Assembly (NCBI GenBank): GCA_951406725.2
Contig: OX597825.1
Location: forward strand, 88,474,001 to 88,538,000
Direction: 5' to 3'
Source: Octopus vulgaris
Taxonomy: Eukaryota
Length of the DNA: 64,000 nucleotides
Shown here: positions 12,735 to 26,057 of the stretch, piece by piece
Layout of the letters: every line of letters begins with the position of its first letter
Position numbering within the stretch: the stretch's first letter is position 1
Notes under the pieces: model-generated
Told to the model about the DNA's origin: nothing
Databases searched by the model: none
Seen by the model: only the letters and a program-made list of their open reading frames with translations
Program-made: the position numbers and the translations under genes

Positions 12735-14337
12735 ATTCCTAGCAGACTTGGAATTTGTACATAAAAAATTGAATTCCAGAGAAACTCGAAATTATACCAA
12801 TAGGAAATGGCCGGCTACAAGGTCAACTATAAGGCAGTTTTCTCCAATTCATATTCATCGATCCTATATTTTAGAACACATCGGATAGTGTTGCTAATAC
12901 ATTGAAATTTTATATTAAGTGAGGTACATTACTTACTCGAGAATTTTTAGCTTGCCTTAGAAACAAGCCGTAAAATTCACCAAGCTGCGTTTACACACAC
13001 AGGATATCGTTACTATTGATAATTCAAGAAAAACCTAATGGGACTTTAGAGAAGTTTGAATGTTTCTTTCCGAGTATATGTAGGCAGGGGTTCTACTAAT
13101 ACTAAAAAGTAAAATCTCCACGTGGGGTTGATGATAGACGTCAAAAATCAGGAATCTTTCTTATGTGCTTCCTATAGGTAAGAACTTATATAAATGCCTG
13201 CTTTTTAGGAACTTCATTACATGTTTCTACATCAAAAGAGAATATCACAGTGAATGCTTTCCCACTCGACGATATTTCGAACAATTTAGTATCGTGGGGT
13301 AATCGAGAGAAGGAATGAATGCAAATCAATAAAGTTCCTAACGAGAATAAAATGTTCTGTTAGATAATATCTTGATATTTAAAAGGTAAAATATCCATTT
13401 TTTGTATTAAGAACAGCGTGTCAAGTTTCATGCAAACTGAATTTTATCTCAGCGTGAGGAGGTTTGCGATTTATTCCAATAAAAATATTCCTGGTAAATT
13501 CCATGTACAATAGGTATATGAACGGATGACATCGTATATTCTTCCTTTTTATTATATTTTAATTTCAATCATTAACACGTAATAGTCGTATTTCATTGCT
13601 AATTACAAGAGAGGAATGACATTGGAAATGTGTTGTCTGTTGGCAAAAGTCTTACAATCAAAACTAGTTTATATCATATTGTCATGAACCTGGCGAAATT
13701 GGTAAGAAATACTCTTGTATTTGTGCTTGGCATATTTACGTAAGCGTGTACGGTTGATAAAACACATGATTCTATTCGGTGTATAAATATTTCATGAGAA
13801 AGAACAAATAAGAGTCAACAACCATTACAATAGTTTCGCAAACAAATATTCAACTGCACTCAAAATGTTATGAGAGATAAAATTGTTTCCTTCTGATGTG
13901 TTTATGTCAAACACTTCAATCGGTAAACGCCAGCCGACGTGTGGCAACATTTGATGCCTGAAGTAACGATGGCAATATCAACTAATGTGATTCTGCTGTA
14001 GATTACTGCCAGAAAATTAAATGAGATTATTGCAGATTAAAAATAGAATTGGCCTGGCGATATATAATATGGGGTTTAAAATCGATATCATTGATATTTA
14101 ACAGACGATGCAAGTTACGTTAAAACCAATACTTCAAGCATTTAAGAAGACGAAAGTAAAAAAATAGAAGAAAGATAGTTTAAGTTATTTATTCGTGTGA
14201 TAAGAGTTCCATATAAGATTTTATATACATCCTCACTAACAACATAAAAGAATTGAAGTGTATGCTATTAAATGCTAATTAAAATTCTACATTTAAACTG
14301 GTCAAAAACAACATAAGCATATTTGCATTGGGCTATG

Positions 14338-14516
<179 letters not shown>

Positions 14517-14632
14517 TTAAAACTTTCTTGGAAAAGCATGTGTGGCGTTCGATCATATAATAATATAAATAATACATATTTATTTGGGGTGCGCTTCCAA
14601 GGTACTGGAGATGGATAGATTGAAATATACGT

Positions 14633-14675
14633 AGGTAGATAGGCTGATAGATAGACATATAGATAGATAGATGGT

Positions 14676-14721
<46 letters not shown>

Positions 14722-14723
14722 TG

Positions 14724-14761
<38 letters not shown>

Positions 14762-14778
14762 TGTAGATAGATAGACAT

Positions 14779-14853
<75 letters not shown>

Positions 14854-14889
14854 TGTAGATAGATAGATAGATAGATAGATATGTAGATA
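14633..14889. repeat. (GATA)n microsatellite
   Basis: About 250 bp of AGAT repeats with periodic ATGT/AC variants. Confidence 0.95.
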
Positions 14890-15482
14890 TGTTTCTTTAT
14901 TAGCCACACAGGGCTGCACACAGATAGAACAAAATACAAGGTAGAGCTTTTCTTTTGGAGGTAAAAAAAAAGGAGAGTGGTGGTTTTCGATCAAAAGGGA
15001 TCGTAAAAGGAAAGAAAAAGGACAAAAAAAAGGGGGGGAGAGAAGAAAAAATGAATAATAGGGATCGTTATCACAGAAATGTCAATATGAAGTGTAAAGG
15101 GGAGGACAGGTGAGGTTTACCCGTGGAAAGAAAAGCCTACGGAAAAGACCACGGTAACCACGGTCAATGAAGTCACATGTTATATTTCTTTTTTTTTTTT
15201 TTGCAAATAAGCAACTCTGTATTAATTTTTATGGTTCATAGAATCATAGTCAAGGTGGCTTCATCATTCATACGTGCCATCCTTGCTACATTCACCCATC
15301 TTTTTTTTAAACATTCACTAGACAAAACTTGCCTCTCTACTCTCACTTTCCTCTTCAAGTGATACTTGAAGAAGTTGATGAGAGATTGACCAGAGAGGAA
15401 AGTGTTTGTCTCTAATCCTTTCAGGCGCGTCCACCAGACACATTCTTTCGCCATAGCCACAAGTATGATAAAAATAGCTCTC
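14890..15482 (-). mobile_element. 3' end of an L1/Tx1-type non-LTR retrotransposon (ORF2 C-terminus plus 3' UTR)
   Basis: ORF 15236-15484(-) ILVAMAKECVWWTR...FFKYHLKRKVRVER...KKRW resembles the Tx1/L1 ORF2 end (AK..W..R...E.....W); pyrimidine-rich UTR with AATAAA then (TATC)n. Confidence 0.6.
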
Positions 15483-16750
15483 ATGGGATGGAATAGTTTT
15501 TTTTTTTTATTGACGTTACCTTAAAGGAACAGTAAAGTACACACAGGCGCAGACACGCACTCACACGCGCGCGCGCATTTACTCATAGTCATATGAAAAC
15601 ATTTAATCTTAAGGCAAACAAAGGCAGAAATGTATCTGGAAACTTAATAGACTTCGCCAAACCACCCAGTAGAGTAATGTGAAATGGAACGAATAAAAAT
15701 ATATAAATGTTGTAAGTTAATAAGTTTTAAAACAAGTTTTTGTGAAATTTTGTTTGTCAAGTGAGTCATGACCACCTCAGTGAAATATAGAAGGACATTA
15801 AGAATGGAAGCCACGAAACCGAATTAGGACCTTAAGATTAGAAAGGCGAGTGTGGTGAATGCGAACTGAAGTAAGCAGGCGATCCCAATGAGGGCAAAAA
15901 AGTAGGATAGAATCAACCAATCAACTTCGACTGAATATTCGCTGTGGTTTTCAGCACTTCATTAGTGTTTGGTATTGCTCTATAACAATGTGTTGCAGGC
16001 AATCACAGGTAAACATTACAAAACAAATTCACAAAAATGAACATGAGGATAGGAAGGCAGGAGTAATAGCTGTGAACGGATGTTTTCGACTCAAATGAGA
16101 CAAAGAAATAGGAAAATAAATGTGGCCTTAATTAATCCACAAACGGAGCCAGAAGATGCGGAAGTTTATTTTGGGAGAATAATAAATGAGGTTGAGCAGG
16201 AGATGAACAGGGCGTGCTTTTCTAAGCGTATTCCTTTCGCCTTTAATCAAACTTGTTTTGTTATTATTGTGCTCCCTACATCTACGTCATCAGATTTAAA
16301 ACCACTATTAAAAATTAATGAGCACTGAATATGGCTATGTGGAGTAAGTTATGCAAAGACAAATTAATGAAGATTGCAGTTCACTGTCTGAGTTTGCGAA
16401 TAGATGTGTGTGCTATGCATATAAAACCGTATACTAATTAATTAAATATAATTAGGTGGTCGAGATGATCATTTGCCCAGAAATATGAATGGTAAGAGAA
16501 GGAATTGTAGAGCAACATAACAAACCTCTAAACAGGTGAAAATAGGAAAATATAATAGACTTCAATAACGACGAACGTGGTTTTAAGTGAGACTGAGACA
16601 TCAAGAATAGGTAAGTGGAGCGCATATTGCCAAACAGAGAGAGAGAGAGAGAGAGAGACGCACAATTGGAGTGGAACTCGAATGATGACCAAGAATATTT
16701 AAACAAACGAAGAAATCTAAACGAATTTGAAAGATATATGGAGACACGTG

Positions 16751-16831
<81 letters not shown>

Positions 16832-17030
16832 GACCTCGTGTGTACCGTTGGCGATTTTTTTTCCTGTCTTCCCTTCTCTGGATCTTTCCTTCTATGTTTC
16901 CGACGAAGTGCTCCGCTCGAAAGGTTAAATCCTCCTTCTTCCCTTCCTTCCTGAGCGTCCAATAATACTATATTTGTTCCACGTTCTCGCATTGTTGTGT
17001 TTTTTTGTGCTTTCTTGTTTGGATTAACTT
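16832..17030 (+). mobile_element. pLTR-like unit between (TA)n tracts with a degenerate minimal hammerhead
   Basis: TTT-CCGACGA-A-GTGC-TCC-GCTC-GAAA-G-GTT-AAA at 16897-16929; homologous layout at 29270-29468. Confidence 0.55.
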
Positions 17031-18039
17031 TATATATATATATACACAGACACATACATGCTTACATGCATATACATATATATAAAATATATATATGTAT
17101 ATATGTATAGACTTATATACATACATCCACAGAGATATATATTTACATTTATATACATATATATACATATACATTTCAATATATAGACACCGTGGGTAAT
17201 TATGTGGATGTTGAGTGAAATGTTGAATAACTGGATACATAACTGCATGTGACAAAACCGCAACAAACACGCTGACATTTGTTGATTTATGTTTTTACAT
17301 CACTTTTTGTTTTCTGCATGTTTTTTTTTGTTACACTTCGCTCTCCTTTGCATCCTCCTTCACTTTGAAGATTTGACAATCAAGTTCTCGGCAGAAGGAG
17401 AGAATAATTGGAGAGTGCTCTGAGGATCAGAGATAACCAGTGTGCAACACGTGATTACAGTTTCGCACACACTTGCACAGACGCATACCTTTGCTCGCAC
17501 AAGTTATAGCATTGAATTTTTAGCTGAAAATCTCGTTTTGCATTCAGCAAAGCGGTTCGTATGGCTGGGCCTTAATAGCTGTGTTCATGCTTATGGCTTA
17601 TTTGCTCTGGATCATAAGCTGTGGGTCTGCTGTCAATGTAACAAGGCTACTTTTAGAACACATCCACTGTCATTTTGAATCATTAAAGAATAGTAATTTT
17701 GTTAATGAAGCCTTTGTCCTTTAAGGTAGATATACAATTTAGTGATAGTTGGAATCGCTGTAACGTTAATACTGTCTTCAACAGGAACAGGGTATAATGA
17801 GGATAATAGCAATGGTGGAGAGTTCTCGTGTTGTACATAGGTGTCTTTGTTGTGTTTTTGGTGAAGTGAAATTAGTAATGAACACGATAAGTTTGGATCA
17901 ATGCAAATCAATATAACCGTGTTGACGCTAGTTGAATAAGATGTGTTTGATAAGAGCACACACATGTCATTGTTTATTTCTAAAGTTTTTTTCTTGTAAT
18001 TTTTATCCTTTCCTAAATCATTATAGTAGGCGTATGTGC

Positions 18040-18093
<54 letters not shown>

Positions 18094-19580
18094 ATTCACG
18101 TGTGTGCCTTGTGTACTTTCGTTGTATGCATGGGTCAGATTTGTTTGAACAGCTGTAGCACTTTGTTTTGTTGAGCAGACATTTGGGCTGCCGAAAGAAA
18201 GTTAAATAAAGTATTTATTTCCTTTGAGAAAAATCAATAATTTGCGTTGAACATAAAAGCGATTCGTAATTTATCTGTTGTATGAGACTAACGGTAAATC
18301 ATGTGGCCTTAGAAACATTCGTTGAATTATTTGAAGTGTCTTTAGTATGAAAAACAACATTAATACTACACTATATATACAATTTATTCTAAATAATACG
18401 GCATCAACATAAAAAAATACAGTAAATTTAGTGTTAACCTATCAAATGTAGGAAGACTTAAAACGATAAATTTTACATTATTATACAGAAAGAGAGAGAG
18501 AGAGAATATTTATGAATGAGTTGCAATATTTTCTTGAAATATATTCTCAAGAATTCTAATATTCCCACCAAAATATGTACTTTACGACTTATCACTTCTT
18601 CGACAATTTGTTTATGGATTTTGTAAGCTGAAGGAAGCTAATAAGAGGAATCTTGTTTCGGGATTATCTCTTGCACTTATCGGGTTTAATTGTAACAATT
18701 TGTCAAAATTTATATTTTCCTCACTCGATAATCACTTCAAATTTACAATTTACCTCTACTTCAGATATGCAGAAATTTAATTATTAATACATATATGTAT
18801 ACGTACTTGGATCGAATAGGAAAAATTCTGCGTTAAAATATCAAGACTTTAAAACTACTAAAATATTTGAATAGAAAAAAATCGTGATATCGTAAAGCGA
18901 CGAGGCAGCGTCTTGAAAACCACATTTTCTGTTATTGACATAGTAGTGAAACATCTGTTAGTCATTCTCTAATGCTAAGTTACACGAGGCAAAGAAACAA
19001 TTGTGTTATGGCAAGAAAACAAATGCTCATACAACTGCTTGATCAGATTAGATAATGTAGACTTCTGATTTCTTCTTCTATGGAGATATTCCGAATGTCT
19101 AGGTTATTATACGGTTGTTGCTTTTAAGATTTATAGGTTCTCACTATATATACATACATATATATGCAGAATCTAGACCTGTTGTATATGTCTATATCGA
19201 ACTATATATGAATATGTGTGTGTAGTTTGGCATGCATGTGTGCCCCAATGTGTCCTGTGTAGGAGAGTGTATGCGTGTTTCTCAACGAATATCATTGTGT
19301 GTACGTTTCTTATTTGAGTTTTTTTTATTACTGTTAGCGCCTGTACGTTAACCTCCTTTATGAATTCTTATTTTGTCGCAAAATATAGCATTAAACAATA
19401 CATTATGATTATAAATCTGCATAAAACATCACTCTTGCATATACTACCAGGGCATTTTGGTTGTGAGTAAGTTGTTGTGGTGTATCCATCATCACTCCCT
19501 TCCTTTAAAGTTGTTATTTCTTTCTGACATTGGCGCGTAGCCATGTTTTTTTATGGAAATCCCTAACGTTTAATTGTAAG

Positions 19581-19631
19581 ATTTCAAATTTGTAGTAATT
19601 TCAAATTTGAGTAATTTCAAATTTGAGTAAT
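19581..19631 (+). repeat. Short tandem repeat, 3 x ATTTCAAATTTG(T)AGTA
   Basis: Directly visible 16-17 bp unit. Confidence 0.85.
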
Positions 19632-22507
19632 GATCATATATAGACTAGAAGAATAAAATATAAATTCGAATCATTTGCGATGGAAATGCAGAGCTGTGGT
19701 GACCCGGAAGTATAAACCACACAATATTGTGGTGCATACTCTCTTGACCACGTACGTGTGAGATATGGAGATATTACACTTTTTCGATACACGGGGAAAC
19801 GATATAAAGAAAGAAGGTCAGGCTGAAATGAGGAAATAGAATGAGGAAAGAATTTAGAAGAAGAGATGAAGTGAATGTGAGTGTAACATTAAATTGGATA
19901 CATTTCAATTATAGACTTATTTTTATATATTTGCGTGTAAGTATAGTTCAGCGCTTGCTGGTAGGCAGATAGAAAGCTGATAAATATATTTAGCATTTAA
20001 TACTATTTCAATAAATGGCTTTATATCTTCTTTGCCTGATATTTATAAAGGTTTTTTCTTCTATTAAATATAATTTCACAATGAAATGATTCTTCCACTC
20101 TTTTCACTTCACTTCTTTAAAATGATTAAAAATTTCAACCTAAATGACATGTGAAGTGATGGATACTTAAAAATGACAGACTCTATTAGATTTCGGTACT
20201 GGAAACGAATTACTAATTCATTTATTAGCGAGAAGCGCAAAGCTGCTGTAAATTGATTACACATTTAGAAAACGAGTAAGCTGAAGGAATGCTAATTGCC
20301 GCTCGAAGTGGAGCATACCATCTTGAGAGGAAGATTTAGCAAATTTCTATATTTGATTGGCTCAAAATAATAATTTATTTAAGTATGCGTTTAATTATTT
20401 AATTTAATAAGTAAATATTCAGCAAACATCAGCAGACGGTTAGAGTGTAGGTTATGCGCATGTAGTGATAAACCAAGGTAGACATATACTTGCGTTTACT
20501 AAAGTATTTAAATCATATCTTAAAGGGGTTTAATTAAAATACCATTTTTACTAACAACATCTGATGGAACTGTTAATTAAATATATCTTTAATGCTCATT
20601 AACTGTCACCACCTGAGATATCATCGTGATGTCTGTGAGTCAAAATTGTGTTTCAGACCTAAGCCATTTCAGTAGGACGCATAATCTAGCCAAAGTGAAC
20701 GATGTTTACAGCCTCATTGATAATGATAAATTTCTCAAATGAGCAAAAGTTAATTTAGTGGAACATTTAAATGGTATGGCATATTTAACGCGTTACCCAG
20801 TAGCTGTCGTTTAGTAGAAGCAGTAAATCGGAATTAATCTCAAATGGAAATCGAAGAGACAAATTATTTCCTTTCCGTGTGATTTAAGCTGAATATTCTA
20901 TTTGGTTTTTTTTTATTCTTTACATAACATGAAAGAGTTAATGTGAAGAGTTATACATTTTGGCGAGAAGTTGGAGACGTTTTAAGGCTATACATAGAAA
21001 CACACACACACACAGACATACACACACACACAGACACACAAACGCAAACATTTATATGTATACACATATACGCATGTGCGTAGAGATACATAGAGGCATA
21101 CGTATATGTACATATTACATACATACATACATACGTGCACATGCTCATATACACACACACACGCATACATACACACTCTTTGTCTCACCCACATACGCAT
21201 ACACACACACAGACAATTATATGCATACACATATACGCAGGTGCGTAGAGATACATGTTTAATTGATCGGGTTTAGCATGACCTGTATCCAATCAGCACC
21301 TGTAGTAGCATTATTGAATCACAAGATCAAGTCCCACCTCCGTCGAACAAAGTCTAAACTGTTCGCGTCGAGATCCTTCTTTTTTTTCTCTCTCTTCATA
21401 CACAGAGTAATTTTTTAGCGTTCACCTAACATGTCATTTTCTGTCTGCGTTTGATATCAACATGAAAACATGTTTACCTTTCCGTTATTTTTGCTTCTAG
21501 TTGAGTTGATGTATTTATTTACCATTCAATATATAACACGACAATATTTCAAATGGAATTTAAGCTAATAATTCTGTACAGAATTTATACAAAAGCGATT
21601 ATTTAGCACAATAATTTGCTTTAATGTTCAAAATAAAACTTACTCTGATATTTCAAATCTAGTTACAGTTAACTTTAAGATGAAAATAATTCAACAATAA
21701 AGAATTCATGAATTTAGTTAGATGAAAATATTTAGAGAAATCTAGAGATATTTATTATCATAATACTTCGAAATAATATTTCTATTTAGTATGCGTTAAT
21801 CTGTTAAATTTCTGAGATACTAGTAAATCAAATTTCATTTTTATGTATTAAAACATTCAAACAAATATGATGAGGTTAAAACTCTGTATTTCCTGCATAT
21901 ATTCAGCCGCAATCATCAAGTCAGTCACAGACACATACACACACACACATACACACATACACATACACACACACACATACACAAACACACAAACACACAC
22001 ATACACACACTCTCTCTCTCTCACTCTCACACACACACACATACGTATCGAAGCACATAGCATAGTTAACGTGATGGGATCACTGTCATTAATTATGACT
22101 CAGATTCTTTGATAGAATGTGCGCAGCGAAGTATTTCATTTCTTCTTGTACGAGTCAACTCAGTAGAAATTAGTACCAAGCCCGCTCTGGAGCAAACCCT
22201 CTTCCCTGTTAAATCGCCATTTATCATACGACAGTTGTGGTGAGTGTGTAAATGTGCGGCGCGGGCGTGTATGTATATATGTGTGTCTGTATATATATAT
22301 TTCTATGCGTGTGTGTCTGTGATTTATTTCACTTTCTAGTTGAAAGTCTGGAAAGACATTACTATACTCATGTGACTTAAGTAATCGCAACACCAAAGCT
22401 CATAAATGACATCTTAACTCTTTCCAAACATTCAAATTGCGTCGACCTTACTTTGCGCAACTCGTATTTATTTGATCGTCCTTTGAGAAATATTTATTTG
22501 ATCGGCC

Positions 22508-22715
22508 TTTGGACTCAGAATGTAAGGACGGACGAAATGCCGCTAATCATTTTGTCCGGTGCTGTAATGATTCTGTGAGCTTTCCGCCTTACGCCGCTTT
22601 AATAATAATAATAATGGTTTGAATTTTTGGGACAAAATAATTTCGGAAATGAGATTACGGCGATCCCAGTGTTCAACTGATGCATATTTAAGCGGCCCCG
22701 AAGGGTTGAAAGGCA
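22508..22715 (-). mobile_element. Two SINE family B fragments separated by (TAA)n
   Basis: Head fragment 22508-22592 and body/tail fragment 22616-22715 whose tail ends CAAACC(ATT)n on the minus strand. Confidence 0.55.
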
Positions 22716-23278
22716 ACAAGCGCCGTCACAATAAAGTGTGTGTGTATATTCATTGGCTCTTATACCGTAAATACCAATATGTAGTAAAAGAGAACTGGTA
22801 TGAGCATGTACCAAGTACATTTCTGCAGTAGGATGGAAAGTAACGATACTCTAGAATTGTGATTTTCAGACGGATCGTGTAATCAAAGACCGTTGGCCGA
22901 ATATTGTCATATCGAATAAGAGAGACAGATACTGTCAGATCATTGATGTTGCCATGCCAAATGACATTAATGTGGTGAGTAAAGAGGTCGAAAGAACCAC
23001 CAAGTACTCCGAATTGAAAGTGGAAATGTCAAGACTGTATGAAATGCGAGATGGTAAGTGATACCAGTGGTGATCAGAGCGTTGGGCTCAATCCAATTGA
23101 CACTTCAAGACTTCTTAAGGCAACTGGAAATCCCATGCAAGATTTATGTCTTGCAAAAAGCAACCTTATTGGGCACAGCGCACATCTTAAGGAAAGTATT
23201 ATTTGTGTGAGGTACTTGTTGTAATTTGACAAATGACTAAGACTCCGGTGAATTTTTACCTACACTCTGTTACGAATT
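22716..23278 (+). pseudogene. R4/Dong-type RLE retrotransposon 3' fragment 1 (degenerate)
   Basis: KRRHNKVCVYIHW..WYEH..QTDRVI..PNIVI..IIDVAMP..KY..LLGTAHILRKVL* with stops and frameshifts; followed by (TAA)n 23279-23380. Confidence 0.85.
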
Positions 23279-23318
23279 AATAATAATAATAATGATAATG
23301 ATAATAATAATGATAATA

Positions 23319-23382
<64 letters not shown>

Positions 23383-23395
23383 CAGGCAGTGGCTA

Positions 23396-23952
23396 AATGC
23401 CCTGATGAAGTACCAGGCAGTGGCTCTCATGGCTTCTGATCTTAACTGGTTGGAAGTGTTATCATGTACATTGTTTTGTCTTGGTATAAAAGATGGGCTA
23501 CAGCAAGTATTCTGCTCAACACCACAGATTTGCTTGTCAGTTGTTTGACCTTAAGCAGTTGAGCATGTCCCTTAGTGGCTGACGATATGTGCATCTCTGA
23601 TCACGAGCAGAAGTAGTGGGGGAGCATCATAGCCATGTGTTGAGAGGGATTCTTTGGGGTTTGAATAATTCACCTCTGGAAACATGGGTGGTTCTTTCAA
23701 CATCCTTAAACAACCCTTATTCAGGGACCTTTTGAGCGGGATGGGCTACTCAACCTGAAGAAAATTCTAACTGGGCCCCACCTGCAAGGTCATGTGCTGT
23801 TTATCTTGATATGAGATCACCATGTCGCGCACATATAGTTGTGATGCATGTGCCTGGTGTACCTTTATCAGACGGGTAGTCATGATGGGTATATTGGGCT
23901 TCGTATATTTTACCCCAGTGTCACTTTGATGGCATGCACTGCTCTCTCACTC

Positions 23953-23953
<1 letters not shown>
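23396..23953 (+). mobile_element. ~560-bp non-coding element flanked by (TAA)n, copy 1
   Basis: Same start (AATGCCCTGATG.AGTACCAGG) and end (CTCTCTCACTCAATAA) as 26058-26601 and 48210-48750(-). Confidence 0.85.
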
Positions 23954-23985
<32 letters not shown>

Positions 23986-23987
<2 letters not shown>

Positions 23988-24989
23988 AAACAAATACAAA
24001 CAAGAAATCATACCACCTAATAAACACAAAGAAGAAGAAGAAGATGATGAAGAAACAACAAAAGCTATAAAACAAATGAAATCCAAACTAAAAATAGAAC
24101 AGCAACGAGCCATGATAAAACGATGGCAAGAAAAGCCCCTTCATGGTAAACACTGCACTAAACTAAACGCAAAAGAAATAGACAAAGAAAAATCCCAGCA
24201 GTGGTTGAGAAGCTCAGGACTCAAAGCAGAAACAGAGGGATTTTTAATTGCAGCACAAGACCAAAACCTCCCCACCAGAAATTACCAAAAACATGTAATG
24301 AAAAGAAATATTACAAGTAACTGCAGAATATGTGGAGATGGACAAGAAACAATAAATCATATTATCTCTAGCTGCCCAGTCCTGGCTAAGAAGGAATATA
24401 TTCATAGACATGACAGAGTTGGAACCTACATACATTGGAAGCTATGCCAACATTATGGAATAACAACAGAAAAAAGATGGTATAGGCACACACCAGAAAA
24501 GGTCACAGAAAACGAGAAAGCAACCATACTCTGGGATATGCCGATACACACAGATAGAGAAATTAAGGCCAACAGACCAGATATAGTTGTCAGAGATCAT
24601 GAAGAAAAAAAATGCTTTCTAATTGATGTATCAATACCGGCAGATGACAACGTGTCTCTAAAAGAAATGGAGAAACTCTCAAAATACAAAGACCTGGAAA
24701 TAGAGGTAACTAGAATGTGGAACCTGAAAACAGAAACAATTCCTATCATAGTAGGTGCATTAGGCATGATAAAAAAATATTCAGACAAATACATAACAAA
24801 AACACCAGGACTTAGAAACACATATAACATACAGAAAATCGCACTACTAGGCATTGCACACATCCTACGCGGAACACTTTCCATACAATAACCATCAGAG
24901 CATCACAAAAAATCACAGCACATACCCAAGGCACACAGAGCTGCGCTCGGTAGTGAAGTGAAAGCACGCTATAAAAATAAAACTACTGA
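23986..24989 (+). mobile_element. R4/Dong-type retrotransposon 3' fragment 2: open ~300-aa frame with CCHC knuckle and restriction-like endonuclease
   Basis: CRICGDGQETINHIISSC, RHD, RPDIVV, IDVSIP, EKLSKYKDL; stop at 24891; 3' UTR then (TAA)n; 5'-truncated, no RT core. Confidence 0.92.
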
Positions 24990-25009
24990 ATAATAATAAT
25001 AATAATAAT

Positions 25010-25504
25010 ATGACTGTCCCAATCGATATAAACGTATCTGTCAAGACCTACCAAAAACTGAGCAAATATAAAGATCTTGAAATAGAAATCAGCAAAATGT
25101 GGAAGCTGAAGACTAAAACAATACCTGTTGTCATAGGTGCCCTGGGAATGATAGCGAAAGGGACTGATTGCTACCTAACTCAGATACCAGGAAACCCCAA
25201 AATGGCAGAAATTCAAAAGATAGTGCTCATGGGAACTGCTCATATCCTACGCAAAATACTCTCTATGTAATCCCAAGGTTTAAAACAAACTTTTTTTAAA
25301 TTTTTTTTTTATTTTTTAAATTTATTTATTTATTTTTTTTATTTATTATTATTTTATTTTATGTATTAGACATTCACTAGTACAACACCAAAAGAAAAAA
25401 AACCCAAATATATGGCACAGAACTTCCAACCTGTTGTCTCTTGAGGGCTCTGGGTGAGACCTGGAGCCAACTTGTACAGACATAAAGCAAAAGTCAAACA
25501 TAGA
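25010..25504 (+). mobile_element. R4/Dong-type 3' fragment 3
   Basis: MTVPIDINV..KLSKYKDLEIEISKMW..IPVVIGALG..GTAHILRKILSM* (25010-25270); own 3' UTR; (TAA)n on both sides. Confidence 0.9.
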
Positions 25505-25527
25505 ATAATAATAATAATAATAATAAT

Positions 25528-26021
25528 CAAAGCCAATAAACCGGATATTGTTGTGAAAGACCAAAACAATAAAGTTTGCTTATTGATCGACATGAGCATC
25601 CCCTGTGACTATGATATCTCGGCGAAAGAATTTGACAAGCTCAGAAAATATAAAGACCTGATCATTGAAATTGAGAAAATGTGGCATCTCAAGGCGGTTA
25701 CAATACCAGTGATCGTAGGAGCACTAGGAATGATCAAGAAGGGAACCGAAAATTATATGAGAATGATGCCTGGCTTACCATCCCTGCAAGAAGTGCAAAA
25801 GATTGTTTTAACTGGTACATCACACGTATTGAGAAGAGCATTGTCGATGTGAGAACTATTACTACCCATGTATTTTAATTTAACTTTATTTCTATCAAAA
25901 ATAAAAAAAATTAACGAACTAGTGAGTTTAGTTTAATGTATACTATGAGTTTCTTTGCCCTAGGAGTCGGGAAGACACTCGGCAAGAAATGGAAGCAAAT
26001 TTGAAAGAAGAAGAAAAACCC
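25528..26021 (+). mobile_element. R4/Dong-type 3' fragment 4
   Basis: KANKPDIVVKD..LIDMSIP..KYKDLIIEIEKMW..GTSHVLRRALSM* (to 25852); different 3' UTR; (TAA)n on both sides. Confidence 0.9.
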
Positions 26022-26057
26022 ATAAATAATAATAATATTAATGATAATAACGATAAT

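Noticed and set aside
15780-16330. Possible LINE APE-endonuclease remnant (VLPT resembling YAPT)
   Set aside because: No second motif recognisable
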